Source: Callorhinchus milii
Taxonomy: Eukaryota
DNA length: 64,000 bases
Assembly (NCBI RefSeq): GCF_018977255.1
Contig: NW_024704742.1
Location: forward strand, 22,818,001-22,882,000
Reading direction: 5' to 3'
Shown: positions 1-13,168 of the stretch, piece by piece
Numbering within the stretch: the stretch's first letter is position 1
Layout: every line of letters begins with the position of its first letter
Program-made: the position numbers and the translations under genes
The notes under the pieces: generated by a model
The model's input: only the letters and a program-made list of their open reading frames with translations
What the model was told of the DNA's origin: nothing
Databases searched by the model: none

Positions 1-227
1 AATATGTGTTTGTTTCCCAACAAATATTCAACAAGCTTTACTCCCACGTACTACGCTTAAAAGGGAAAGTTAGGCCTCTTTACAAAAATGAACACGTCCA
101 TAATACAGTATTGACTGATACAAAATTCCAACCTTTTATCTCTGACAACTGTACTGCTCAACATCAGCATACACATGTTAGCAATTGGATCATGTCTCCA
201 GTATTTCCCAACAGTGGTTTATGAGCA

Positions 228-630
228 TGGCCCATTTGACAGCAGTCTCATCTTTGGACAATAGGTTGGGGGTTCAAGCCCCAATGTTATTTTATAGCCC
301 ACACTGTTACTCCAGTACAGTTCTAGGGCTGCAATGCATTGCCAGAGGTTTGGATAAAACATAAACTAAAATACTGCCTGCATAGTCAGTGGATATTATA
401 GATCCCACAACTATATTCCAAAAGAGAGTGGGTTTCTCCCAATGTCTTGGCCAAAACATCTTCTAAATTGATTGGTCATTCATTTCATGGGTGTTTGTGG
501 GACCTTTCTGTGTGCAAATCGCTTTCTGTGTTTGCCTACAAATATACTTAACAGTAATTACCTGTGAAGTTCTTTGAGACATTTTAATTTGTAAATGCTG
601 TATCAATTGCAGGGATTTTTATTGTTATTA
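228..630 (+). mobile_element. Degenerate Deu-domain SINE (SacSINE1-like)
   Basis: B-box-like GGTTCAAGCCC at ~271, then 'ctccagtacagt', 'gatcccacaactatatt', 'gtttgtgggacc...gtgtgcaaat' and an ATT/GTT tail; collinear with the better copy at 16030-16473. Confidence 0.75.
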
Positions 631-662
631 TTTGTCTTTATGTCTTCTGATTATATTAAGTC

Positions 663-1026
663 TCCAGTAACGTATTGGTTAGAGCACTCGCCTCCCAAGC
701 GAGAGGACCGGGTTCGATTCCCGTGCAGGGCAAAACCTTAGGCAAGTTTCCTTACTCCATGCTGCTACCCAGCAGTAAGTAGAAACCCGGTTGTTAATCG
801 ATTGATGGATTGCTTTCCGGGGGTAAAAATCCCTTTTAAAAAAATGCAGTCAATCAATCCACGACTGTTCGTGGGACACTGCTGCGCGCGATTGGTTGCG
901 GTGTCTTGTCCACCAAATATACAGTCAATTCATTTTAGAGTATATTTTGTAAAACGCGTTGAGTTGTCACAACGATGTGATAAGGTGCGATATCAAATGC
1001 AAGGATTATTATTGTTGTTATTATTG
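663..1026 (+). mobile_element. Near full-length tRNA-derived SINE with L2-type 3' tail (young, abundant family)
   Basis: tRNA-like head TGGTTAGAGCACTCG...GGTTCGATTCCC (A and B boxes), body 'ccacgactgttcgtgggacactgctg', tail 'gataaggtgcgatatcaaatgcaagg(att)n'; many sibling copies in the window. Confidence 0.92.
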
Positions 1027-2689
1027 ATAAAATGTTAGACACTACAAAACGAGTTGGTACAATAATTGTTCTGAAAAATGCTCTGCACAGCTGTATTTTA
1101 AATGAGTTTAAGCCACTCTTAAGTCAGGCTTCCCCCTAACTGGAATACCAGTGTGATTATGAAGAACTGAGGTCTCTCAACCTTTAGCCTTGATTGTAAA
1201 CACAGATGATTAGTCACACACAGTCAGGATCTTAAATAAGTCATCTATGCTATCAAAAAATATTACCCCCAAATCAAACAAACCACAGAATGATGTTTCA
1301 CTGGCCCTGATTTGAGTAAGCACCACAATTATCCAGAGAAACGAAGCTAAAAAAAAAAGACTGTTTAAGAAAAGTAAAGCAGCGTGGCATGTTCAGATTA
1401 GCACGCTGTTTACTTGTCAGGCTAGTCTGATACCAGGGTCTGCCCCACTGGCTCCGAACAGAGGCCAAGTAAACCCATCAGTAACAGTGAGTCACAAGCA
1501 ACATTCAAGATGTTTCGGAGGTAGCAACAAAATGTTCCAAGTGTTGTCTGAGTGCGCACAGGCGTACATAAACATCACCCCCAATTCATTAATAACTCCT
1601 GGGTAGGCAACAATATCAGTGGAAGAGCCATAAAATATCCTCACAGACTGAGACATGTCAAGTGTTATGGAAGAAATGCTGACTAGTCTTGCTTCTGGGT
1701 CAAGTTCTTCTTAAATCTTGCAACTAAGCATAGATAACGTGTGGTCAGTATGAACATCAAAGCAAAATACTGTTGGAATTCATGTGAATTATTGAACAGA
1801 AATGCTAAGTTATTTGGTTATTATTACTTTGTCATTTTTTTTCACAAGATGTATTTAGTCGTATCCCCAAATACCAATCCTTAGGGAGAAAACAGCCAGT
1901 AAATAGAGACACATGATTCAAGTTAGCTTTAGTTGCAGTCATTGAAAAGTCAACAGCTGGATATCTGCAGTAAGATTTCAGCTGTCATAAGCCAATCTAT
2001 ATTCAACTAACTGGAGCAACACTACCACTAATATACCGAGTTAAGTAAGCCTGTCATTTGTCAGACTTTGAAGGAAACTCTATCTCGACTGACTTCTGGC
2101 TCATCCAGCGGGTTTGTTCAGTTCTACACAACTGCAGCGGAGTTGGAAAATCCCAGACTGAACTTGCGGCTCTTATTTTGTTTAAGCTGGACAGAGTTGT
2201 TGTCGTTCTTCCAAAACTAATGGCGAGCGTTATTTATATCACGAGTGCTTTCTATGGTAAAAAGCAGGGCTTGGAGACTCCACTTTTAGCAAAAGCAGAC
2301 ACACATACAAAACCCTACCAGAGGAAGGCTGAGGAGCGATATGATTGAGATTTTAAGATAATTAAATACATTAATAATTATCCTTGCATTTGACATCTCA
2401 AAGCGCTTTACAGAATATACTGTAAAGTGAAATGACCGTATATTTTGTGGGCAAAAGGGTTTGAAAAATGAATTGTGAAACATTTTTTTCCTCAAGTCGG
2501 GGATTTGAAGACAAGAGGTCATGAATTTAAGCTTGTGGCTGTGCAGTAGTAAAAGGAGGTTCAGAACTCCTTCTTCCAGAGGTTCAGTCAGGCTATGGGA
2601 TGACTGGTCGGGGGGGAGGGGGTGGTGGGTGCTGTTACCGCCGAGTAAAATGAGGGCTTAAGTTGAAGATACTTTTGTTTATGAAAAAA

Positions 2690-2788
2690 TATATACAATC
2701 AATCCAATTTACAGTATATTTTGTGAAGCGCTTTGAAACATCTCACCGACGTGATCAGGTGCTGTATCAAATGCAAGGATTATTATTA
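2690..2788 (+). mobile_element. 3' fragment of the young tRNA-SINE
   Basis: 'ttacagtatattttgtgaagcgctttga...atcaaatgcaaggattattatt' matches the tail of 663-1026. Confidence 0.85.
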
Positions 2789-3947
2789 TGAATCAGAACT
2801 GATATATATTTTCAAACTTCCTATCTTCCTAAACGAAAATAAAATGACAGGTGATTCTTGGGTCCGTTCCTGGATTATTTTTTTACAATATTTTGCACCT
2901 ACAAAAGTGGGTGTCGTGTGCTTGTAGTATTCCTTCCTCGCGTTACCTAATGCTGCTTTACTGACCTTTACACGCACGGTTTACTATTAGCACTGTGTTT
3001 AACACTCTAATCTAGATTCATTATCCTCATGGTGTTTCTATTCAATAAGGACTTTAACAAATGTCATTCACAGAGGTGAGATATTACAGCTGTAATCAGT
3101 CTCAAATACACACATGAAAAGAGAAGCAGAGATGCTTTGTGGCAGCAAGTCTTTTGAGTCCTCACTTTTAACAACAAAGTCATAGAAAAAAACCCAGCTG
3201 CAAATGGTGATTTGCCAGGAAAATGACAAAGGTAAGGTTAAAAATATAATAAAGAAATCCTAAAAATGTAAGCTGGCAGGTGAGAACAGCTCAAAATATT
3301 ACTGAGTTGGAGAAAAATGTATGATGAGTGAATATAAAATCAATCTGTGAAATTCAATAGGAAAGAAGTAATAAAGAAATTAAATATGCCAAGAGAGACA
3401 AAAAAAATGATGGAAGGAGCAAACAACTATGAAAACGGAACAGAGATACTGAAATAAACTAAGATTTAGGATAACAATAGAAGATAGAAAATCTTTAGGG
3501 CTTGTTTTGCTGCTCAGCCCTAAATTATGCATGTGTCAGTCCTATACAGACCAGTTTTCACCTGATACACAAATGAGGTCTAACTTTACACTGGACAGCA
3601 AACATATGGACAGACAGATTGATCTTGCATTTTATATAATGCCTTTAACATTGGAACTCCGGTCTCCTTCTTTCGTTCACCCAGAGACGTCCAAGACGTA
3701 ACTACCTTCTATTATGAATGTCTGCACTCCTATAATGAAAAAATGCTGCTGCTGATTTCTTTGCAGTGAGAAAAGTAACACTCTCTCCATTCAAATTCTA
3801 CATCTGAATCGATCACCTCGACTCCTCTTCTGCACCAATGACATGTTCGGTGCAGTACACCAGTTCCTAACAGCTGTAACGTCTCTGTTCTACGGCTGTA
3901 TTTCTATGTTACTCGAGTGGGTGGAGATCCATAATCAAATTGCCAGA

Positions 3948-4247
3948 AATAATAATAATAATCCTTGCATCTGATATAGTGTTTTTCACGTCTTCTAGAC
4001 GTCTCAAAGCGCTTCACAGAATATGCTGTAAAGTGAATATTTGTGGGCAAAATGCGGCAGCCAATTGCACACTGCAGCGTCTCACAAACAGTCGTGGATT
4101 GAAGTGACCAATTTATTATTGTTTTTTGTTTTGGAGGGATTATTGTTAGGCATGTGGATTCTTGCCCAAGGTTTCGCCCTGCCTGGAATTAAACCCAGGT
4201 CCCTCACTTGCAAGGCGAGTGCTCTAACCACTGAGCTATAGGACTCC
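3948..4247 (-). mobile_element. Full-length tRNA(Ala-like)-derived SINE, internally shortened subfamily
   Basis: Reverse strand begins GGAGTCCTATAGCTCAGTGGTTAGAGCACTCGCCTTGCAAG and ends in (ATT)n; 'ccaga' at both ends may be a TSD. Confidence 0.92.
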
Positions 4248-5425
4248 AGAGCGATAAGACCTAATTGCTTACTCTCACATAACTCAGAGCAAAGTGACAC
4301 AATCCTAAGCTTTGGTTTAAATGTTATTCATTTTGTTAAGACCTAAACCACCCCTCCACCACCAGCCCCCCCCAATCTTGTATCTAACAAAAGGAAACTA
4401 CACAGAGCATAAAAGTCTACTCCATTTAGTGCAGTACCTTCAGATGATAGAATGTGATATTGCAACATCACATGTTAAAAAGATGAAACCTTGGCCCTAC
4501 TTAATAATAAGAATAATAATCTGTGATTTGATATAACGCCTTATCAAATCGTCGAGACGTCTCAAAGCGCTTCAATGTAAAGTGGATTGACTGTACTTGA
4601 TCTCATCCTTTCAGAATACCTACCCAACCTTTCCCATTACAGCATACAGCTAGTTCTTCAATGAGCTCAGCATCCTGGCCTCTTCTATCCTTCCAGGGAA
4701 CCATTGCACACAGCATTGCTGAATGGAATCTGTGGTTCTAACCGCGATTTATCCAATATTGTGCTAAAATGCAGTTCAGTGGCACTGATTCTTTGTGATT
4801 CAAAGGAGAAGGCCACAATCTCCATAATATGTAGTAGCATTGTTTTACTACTGACTCCCTGTTTGTATGTTTTATTCTCGTCAGTGATCAGGCAAATCTC
4901 TCCCGGCTGATCTCCCTGAACAGCCCGTCACCGGCTTAGCGTTGGCCAGAATGGCGAACAATGTCCTGTTGTTCCTTTAAAATGAATTAACATCATAAAA
5001 CACATACGGGCTACAATTTTCTGAAGATGAAATTGGCAAAGAAAAACTATTGCTTTGTCAAGATGCGGAAGTGGCCTCCAGCTTGGATTGTACCCGCAGC
5101 TGAAGTTATGTTTTTCATTACTTCCCATTACATCCCATTTCTTTGATGTATTTATTTAAACTGAATTTTGTGAGTTTCACACTTAACCAGTTTAAACTCG
5201 GAGCTTTTATTGTGCTTTTTTTATACTGCAGGGAACTTTCAACAATAGGAAGGAGAAAAGAATGCTGTAATGGTGGGAGTGAAAACTAACATTAGTATTA
5301 TTAATCCTTGCGTTCACGCAAGGAGGATGTCTCCAAGCAATTCGCAGGATATTCTGCAAAATGTAATGACTGCATATTTTGTAGGTAAAGCCATTGCCAT
5401 CAGACAAACTGAAAATATTTTAAAA

Positions 5426-5607
5426 CAGTAAACTCTGGATAACTCGTCACTCCAAAGGAAAAGGGCTCAGTGACGAGTTATCCAGAGTTAAGGGAGTTAG
5501 GTATATGTATGAATACATATTCAATAAATGCGGCAGGGATATTGACAGCATAATGATTTAAGTGGTAGTGACAGGTTAAGCCAGGTCGAGTTAGCAGGAG
5601 CTTACTG
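5426..5607. mobile_element. MITE (non-autonomous DNA transposon) with CAGT-type termini, copy 1
   Basis: Imperfect TIRs CAGTAAACTCTGGATAACTCG / CGAGTTAGCAGGAGCTTACTG followed by TA; perfect 21-bp internal stem; homologous inverted copy at 50242-50419. Confidence 0.8.
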
Positions 5608-7407
5608 TAACAGGATTGATTTATTAGAAGCAAAGGGTCCTCCGTTTAAAATCTTTAATCTGTAAGATTTAATACTGATATCCCTGAGTTGTGTTCTATT
5701 GCTCAAAGTATTGATTCATCTATAGAGTGATGCAAGAGGTCCTCGTCACACAACGTCACCCTGATGTGACTATACCATGCCTTAAATATGGCACGATAGA
5801 TTCTTCCAATTGTGTTGTTGTCATCTGCACCAAAACAAAGAATGCCTTTGTGACAATGCTAAACTCCGTTTGCACTTCCAAATCTGGTACAAGTACCGTT
5901 TGGCTCCTCTGCTAAAAATATTCAAAATTGGTCTTGCATTGTAAATCTGACAATAATTATCAGATGCAATAATTATCATCCTTCTGCAGTGACTGACCTT
6001 TTACCTGTTACCGAGTGACCAAGTTATCCCTTTCCCTATTACTACTCTGTTCAATTTACTTTGAATACCTGCATTTGGTCACATGTAATTAAGGAAGTAT
6101 TCTTATATGAAGCCTGTCCAATGTTTTGTGCTTTTAAAAACTGTCTGCGAATGAACAATCTAAGCACATTATTAAAGTATTGAAGGATACTGTAGCACAC
6201 GGCTTTTCACTCTTCCTGTGTTGTACGTGTTTAGCGCTTTGGGACGTCCTCCCGAGATGAAAGGCGCTTTTGTAAATATAATGTATTGTTTGTGGTTCTG
6301 AGGTTCACTGATTTACAATTCACCAGAGAGTGGCTCGACTGCACAAAGATCTGATAATTTAATATGCAAAGCAATGCAAATACTCATAAAAGAGTGCTCC
6401 GACAACTGGGTAGAATCTTGTAAAGCTTCTTAATAGAGATAACTGGGGTAGCCTCAGGGTTTAATTCAGATATTAGTCACTTAGCTGGTAGGAATATTTA
6501 GGGTCACAGAAATTGAACTAAACAGTGACTTTTACTGTGTTGCTTTACAACAACCATTTATATTTTATATAGCACACTTCACACGGGGTAGTCTCGGAGC
6601 ACTTTGTAGCAATAACATGCATTTACCACATTACTTCAAAGATATCTGGCATATTTTGTTATGGTAATTGGGTTGTATGATTAACGTATAATGCAGGCTT
6701 AGGAATGCAATATACTGTAAATGATGCTCACTTCTGCATACCAAAGCTTTGTCGTGCTGTGATAGCCTTTACAACATGTAAAATGAAATGATGCCAAGGG
6801 GAACAAACCTACTGGAGGAAGCATGGTGTACTTTTCCTAGTGGTAACTTCATATGATAATCAAGGTGGGTTAAACTAGTGAGCACAGTGTTCTGGCCAGA
6901 AGACATATGAAACACAAATGGAGACAAAAATGAGAATTGAAAGAAGTTACAGTACATGGCCATTTGGTCCATTTCCTATTTTAAAGTTCAATATACTTAA
7001 TTCTTAGTCAGAAAGACCTGGCGGGAAACTTAGTTCTGTTCCATCATTCTAAAGGTAAAATCAGTTCAACAGACTGGCTGAGGTTTTCCCTACCTCTGCC
7101 CTAGAGTTGTTCAGGAGTCTTTGGACAGTGATAAGGAGCAGGTTTTTACGATCATGGGCACCAAGGCTAACTGTGGTGCCCTGACAACTGTTACCAACTA
7201 ATTCAGCATAGTCAGATCTTCGCACATGTGCCTTTCTGGTCTGTGTGGCTGTAGACAATTAGGAAAGATCCTTTGTCCTGGCACAGAGCAGAAAACCTGG
7301 GAACCTTCTAGGTCTGTACAGCTCACATTCTGTCTTGGCAACGGCTTTATTAATTGACTAAGGGGAAGGTATTTCTAATTTCATGTCTTATTTGAGGTTT
7401 TGTCAAT

Positions 7408-8025
7408 CATAGAATTATAAGCACAGAAGGAGAACATTCAGCCCATCGTGTCTGTGCCAGCTCTTTGAAAAGGTATCCAATTCAATCCCACTCTCCTGCT
7501 CTCTCCCCATGGCCCTGCTAACTTGTCCTCCTCAAATAATTATCTACTTCTCTCCTAAAAGTTGTTATCGAATCGGCTTCCATCACCCTTTCAGGCAATG
7601 CATTCCAGATTCGAACAACTCGCTGTGTGAAAATATTTCTCCTCACCTCCCCTCTGTTTCTTTTAACAACTATTTTAAATCGGTGCCCTCGGGTGACCCA
7701 CCCACCCCACTGTTGAAATAATTTCTTCTTGTTCACCCTATCGAATCCCCTAATAATTTTGAAAACTTCTATTAAGTCTCCTCTTAACCTTCTCTGTTCC
7801 TAGGAGAATAATCCTATCTTCTCTAGCCTCTCCTGATAACTGAAGTCGTTTATTCCTAGTACCACCTTGGTAAATCTCCTTTGCACCTTCTCCAACACCT
7901 TAATATCCTTCATAAAGCGTGGTGCCCACAACTGAACACAGTACTCTAGCTGAGGCCTAACCAGTGTTTTATAAAAGTTCATAACTTCCTGACTTTTGTA
8001 TTCTATGCCCCTATTTATAAAGCCA
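7408..8025 (-). mobile_element. CR1-clade LINE 3' fragment (ORF2 C-terminus + 3' UTR)
   Basis: ORFs 7800-7982 (YKTLVRPQLEYCVQLWAP...LEKVQRRFTK) and 7518-7736 (TRGHRFK...FTQRVVRIWNALP) are typical CR1 ORF2 C-terminal motifs; TTCTATGA tail unit at ~7408. Confidence 0.95.
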
Positions 8026-9065
8026 ATCTGTACTAGTATCTTCTAGTTGCACAATCAGATTTTATCTATCTCCCTCCTTACTTTCTGCCAATCCATCCCC
8101 CATTCCCCCGCACACCGCATTCCATGCCGCACTCCCCAAATTGAGGTCCAGTAAACCCATTTCCAGTTACTGACAATTCTTCTTGATAACCTAGTCTGTC
8201 AGTTCTTCCTCTGCCCCATGAGGATTCGCAATTCATAATGTTGGCAATTGCAAACAATAATGTGGCGTCCTCCCCACTGTACCACACATCAGTAGGTCAA
8301 CGTGCTAGTCACTGAATAGCCTCAACGTGCCCCATTCTGACCTGTTCTGCATAATGCAATCTGCTGTGTTCAGGTTTACGGCCTGGTTCTTAACCAGTGA
8401 GAACCAATGAAAAACATGCCGAAACTCCCCTGCTCCCTGCAGAAATGTGCATTGAGCAGGTTCAAGCCCACAAAATTGTAGCCTGCTGACAACTGGACCC
8501 ATGCTTCAAGTACAAGGATTTCTATCCACAGGCAAGCAGATCTGAAAATGTAGTGTGGGCCACCACAGCCTGGAGGGTAGAAATTTTATGGAATTTAATT
8601 ATCATCTTTTAATTCTGATAATTTCTGGCAAAGAATTCACTTAAACCTCAGTAACCCCCTATTGGTCCACAGTTCTATCTAACTCAATATTAATGCGCCT
8701 TAATGCGCCTTTTGAGCGTACTGAGAATGTTGCACGTTAACATGCCACCAAGGTTAATTGCTCAAAAGCTTCTTATGAACACTAATGGAGTGATATGTCT
8801 TCACCCGTGCTCGCAGCCCTGTTCACTAATATTTCAATTCTCCCACCCACATCTGACAATGTAAAAATTACATTCGTTCAAACAACAAATTGCTTCCAAT
8901 AGTAGCAGCCCTGACACCGTGCCGAGTCTACCATTTAACCAGAAATCTTAGTGGTTGTTTTCAATTCAACAGAGGTTAAGAGGGGATCTAATGGAAGTCT
9001 TCAGATTCTGAAAGGTTCTGTAAGGAAAAATGGTGAATGATTGTTCCTACTGGTTACTAAGTGAC

Positions 9066-9450
9066 AATAATGCTTTATAGTAAGTACTCTTTGGATTTTC
9101 TTTATCACAGCATCAAACAGTTTCAAAGTGCTTCACAGGATTTTACTGTCTACTGTATTTGTAAGCAAACATGACAGCCAATTTGCATATTGCAATATCC
9201 CACAATCAGCCATGAAGTCACTGACACCAGGAAAAACTCCCTTCTCCTTTCCAAATAGTGCTATGTGATTCTTTTACCTTCTTCATAAAGAGACAGACAT
9301 GATCTCAAGTTTAACATCTCATCCAAAGGATGAAACAATGCAGTGCTCCCCCAGTACTGTACAGAGTGCTTGCCTAGACTGTGCGCTCAAAGTCCCGATA
9401 TGGGGCATGAACCAACAACTCAGTGCTACAAACTGAGCCTGGCTGACACC
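9066..9450 (-). mobile_element. Degenerate Deu-domain SINE (SacSINE1-like)
   Basis: Reverse-complement similarity to 16030-16473 ('tttaacatctcatcc', 'gtgctcccccagtactg', 'actgagcc'). Confidence 0.8.
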
Positions 9451-12400
9451 TAAATGGGGAGCAAAGTGCATATATTCCAGATTGCTATGGAAGTGGCAGA
9501 AGATGTTTTTCAAAATTCAATCAGTGGTCTAAGTTGTGGGTGAAAAAATGGCTCTTGCATTCACCAACCCCCAAAAATACAGTCCCTACACTTTACAGTA
9601 AATCCCATGAAGCACTTTGAGACGTTGCCCTGATGTAAAAGTTGTTATATCAAATACAAATATTTTGAGGAGCATTCTACCCACTCCCACAACAGGAACA
9701 ACAGAAACATCCAAATTACCCCTCCCCAGCCCCCACCCGCCAACGTATGTAAAAGAAGTCCAAGGTACCGTGCATTTAAATTTAAAATTAGAACACCCAT
9801 TAAGTGTAAAAAGAGCCACAGACTCCCAGCACTTTGCATGCTTGTACTGGTTCTCAAATGCTGGTGGCAGCTGACCAATAGTTTGGAGAAAGTTATACAG
9901 CTCTCAAATGGTTCCAAAGCAACTTGTGCCAAATTCTTTGCATCAAAAGTCACTTGAAGACAGAGGAACAATCAGGGTAGAACCTGTTGTAGACAGTGGA
10001 GGCTTTGTTTACACTGTATATGAGCTGTCCAAGCCACCGAGTTTAGCATTCTGCATGTGTACACCAGTGTATTAAGTCACAAGCAAAGATCCAGCTCTAA
10101 CTATTCCAATCAGCCATAAATTTCCATGTTGGTAAAAAATAAGAGTTTTCTTCCAGATACTATTTACTGTGAATTTGGTCGTAAATCCATTATGTTTAAT
10201 GAAAGAACAAATCTACAACAAGTAAAATTCATCTGGATGCATTTTATTTGGATTTAACCTGTAAGATTTATTGCAGTGGATTTGCTTTAGGAGAAGAAAC
10301 GTATGAACCTAGCAATATTGCACAGTTCCGTATTCTTCATAGGTTTCTATTCACAAAATAAGTCAACATTGAAAACTGAATGAAAATAATTTCATGTGTA
10401 AGTACTCCAGGAAAACTCAAGACAAAATCACAGCCTTGACTTTTCCTATGGAAAGGGAAATGTATTTTCCGGACTGGTTGATGATACCATCCTTTAGGGC
10501 TCCCACTTCAGAAAAGAGGCAAAGTAACAAAAACACATGGACATATATATGTATATTTAGAAAGTATATTAGAATTGTCATGGCTGTTTGTGGGAACTGC
10601 TGTAGATAAATTGGCTGCTGCATTCACCCTACAAAATATACAGACTGCACTTTACAGTAAAATCTTCTGAAACACTTTGAGACGTCCTCAGGATGTGAAC
10701 GTCGTTATATCAAATCCAAGGATTATTATTATTAACACTATTATCTGATATGATACAAAATGCAACATAGAATGAAGTTGTTTTAAAGGCGACAGAGGTC
10801 ATTCAGTGCTCCAATACAAGGGTTGGTTGTGAAAGGGTTATGTTGAACAACTTATTTATAGCCTTAAAAATTAAGATCATGTGAAATTTTGTAAAATTAT
10901 TTTCCAAAATTTCAAACATTCTTGAATTTTAGGACAATGTTGCTAAGGCTAAGACAGTGAGAAGTTCAAGGCCTACGATGCCTGAACAGTAATAGAGTGT
11001 AGAACTTCATATCTTGCATTGTGGAGTTCAGCTGGTGGGAGTTTTCAGCAAAAATACAAGTCTGTAAGAACATGTACGAAAAGAGCGCATTTCCTTCGGA
11101 AGAACAAAAAGGATTATTGCAGAATGCAGAAATGTCAGGCACTGATTTTCGACTGGCTCAACAGAAACACTGACATGTGGCACAGTTCAGAGTCAATAAA
11201 ATCTTCCAGAGCTTCTCCATTTATGGATTTCTCTTCTCTCTCCAGAAGGTTCGGTTCCTCCAGTTCCTGATTTTGGTTAGTCAAAACTTGCAATTGTGCC
11301 ATGTTTGGCACCAAAATAACAGACAGCTGGATTAGTCATAAAGAAATGTAGAAAATACTGGAATAGCAGTACTTGGAATATGAACCATGGCTAATATAGC
11401 TCCATCAGTATATTCAGTTGATGCCAAAAAAATCTTTACATTTGATGCAGTGCTTTTCACTTCCAGAGGATACCTCAAAGCGCTTCACAGGATTTGCTGT
11501 AAAGTGTGGTGACTGTATAGTTTGTGGACGAATCCGGCTGCCAATTTGCAGACATGAAGCATGGGATCAAAGCGTCAGCAGGGTGTGGGCAAGAGGATAT
11601 GGTACATCCGTGCAACCACACACAATTACATAAACTGCCTGGCACCACTATGAAGCAACAGTGTAACATTACTGTGGATTTGGTTGAAATCAGTTATGGC
11701 AGCATCAAATAATAACAACAACCCTTGCATTTGATATCGTGCCTTATCACGTCTTCAAGGCATGTCAAAGCGCTTCACAGAATGCATTTTGATTCCCATT
11801 TCCTGCCACCTTGGTGTGCAGTGTGACCCCATGAGGCTGGTTGTTTTCTCCGTAAGGAAGGTTGAGGGGAACAAAACTCTTGAGAGAATATTGTGTTGAG
11901 CTGCTCTCGATTCCAGAGAGGCACCGCAGCAAGTTAAGGAACAGGTCAGCTATCTTTCTAAAGTATTAATCAACCCCAAAGCATTGCTTATATATGATCT
12001 GTTTTCCATTTTGTGTGTCTCTCTGGTAGAAATAATCTGACTTGTTCACAGAGGTCAAGTGGTGCATTTCCTGTTAAGCTATTTAATGGAAATGGATTAC
12101 TGGACTGAATCCACAATTCAATCGGAAGGCGCAACCTACTCCCAATGTGACATTAAGATACATAAAAATGATAAGTCGTACAAAAAGCACTTGCTTTAAG
12201 AAAAGCAGAACAGCACTGGATGCAGGCTTGCTGGGTGTAGGAGAAAATGAGTAGTAGTTATTCCATCAAGGGTATTATTTCAACAACTGTTCTTTTCATG
12301 CTATAAATATTATTTCCAGCCACTGTCAAAAACAGAGACTTTCATTTTTAAATCTGAAAAATTACTTTGCCTTACACTTCTGCACGAGAAATTTAGATGT

Positions 12401-12679
12401 TGCTGCAACTGACCACAGAACGTTGGACTGAGCAAGATACATGACGACTTAGTCATACCTACAGTCACTAGTCTTACTGAATAATAATAATGCTTACATT
12501 TTTTCAGAGCCTTTCAGGTCAGGAGGACATCCCAAAGCACTTCACATTAAGTTCCTTACAGTAAGTACAGTGCAGTGACTGTGTACTTTGTGGGCAAATG
12601 TGGGGTTTTGTGGGGGAAGTGAGAAAGGAACATAGGAGGATTTGCAGCCCATCAAACCTATTCCACCAGTTTATTACAC

Positions 12680-13168
12680 CATTTTGCCCACAAAATATGC
12701 AGCCAATTCACTTTACAATATATTCTGTGAAGTGCTTTGAGACGTCTCGTTTGAGAGCTTGTTTTCAAATTCCTTCATGCCCTCACACCTCCCTACCTTT
12801 CCGATTTGCTCACCCCCACTCCACCACCTGCTGCCTCCGCTTGTCCGGCTCCGGCCTCCTTGCCCGCTCTGCTCCACCATCGGCGGCCGTGCTTTCAGTC
12901 ACTACACTCCGAAGCTCTAGAACTCTCTCCCCCAATTCCTCCGCCTTGCCGCCTCTCTCAACACTTTCAGATCCCGCCTAAAGACCCTCCTTTTTGATTG
13001 TGCTTACAGTCACCAACCCCCTCCCTCTCCCCCTGGCTCGGTATCAGACTCCGACACTGTTAAGTGCTCCGGGATACTACCTAACCTGAAGGGCGCTATA
13101 TAAATGTAAGTTGTTGTCGTATCAAAGACGTGATAATGCTCTATATCAAATGCAAGGATTATTATTAT
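12680..13168 (+). mobile_element. Young SINE 3' part interrupted by an L2 3' fragment (~12749-13124)
   Basis: SINE tail breaks at 'gagacgtctcg' (~12749) and resumes 'aagacgtgataat...atcaaatgcaagg(att)n' at ~13125; the insert contains L2 'ccaccatcggcggccgtgctttc...gcgctatataaat...gttgttg'. Confidence 0.85.

Noticed and set aside
663..745. Functional tRNA genes at SINE heads (also ~4180-4247, 23644-23720, 29570-29630, 53590-53656, 58690-58749)
   Set aside because: Each continues into the SINE body, and I see no intact acceptor stem or terminator.
5778..5826. Minus-strand exon candidate after the acceptor 'ctttgttttggtgcag'
   Set aside because: The donor GTATAG is poor and neither open frame is recognisable.
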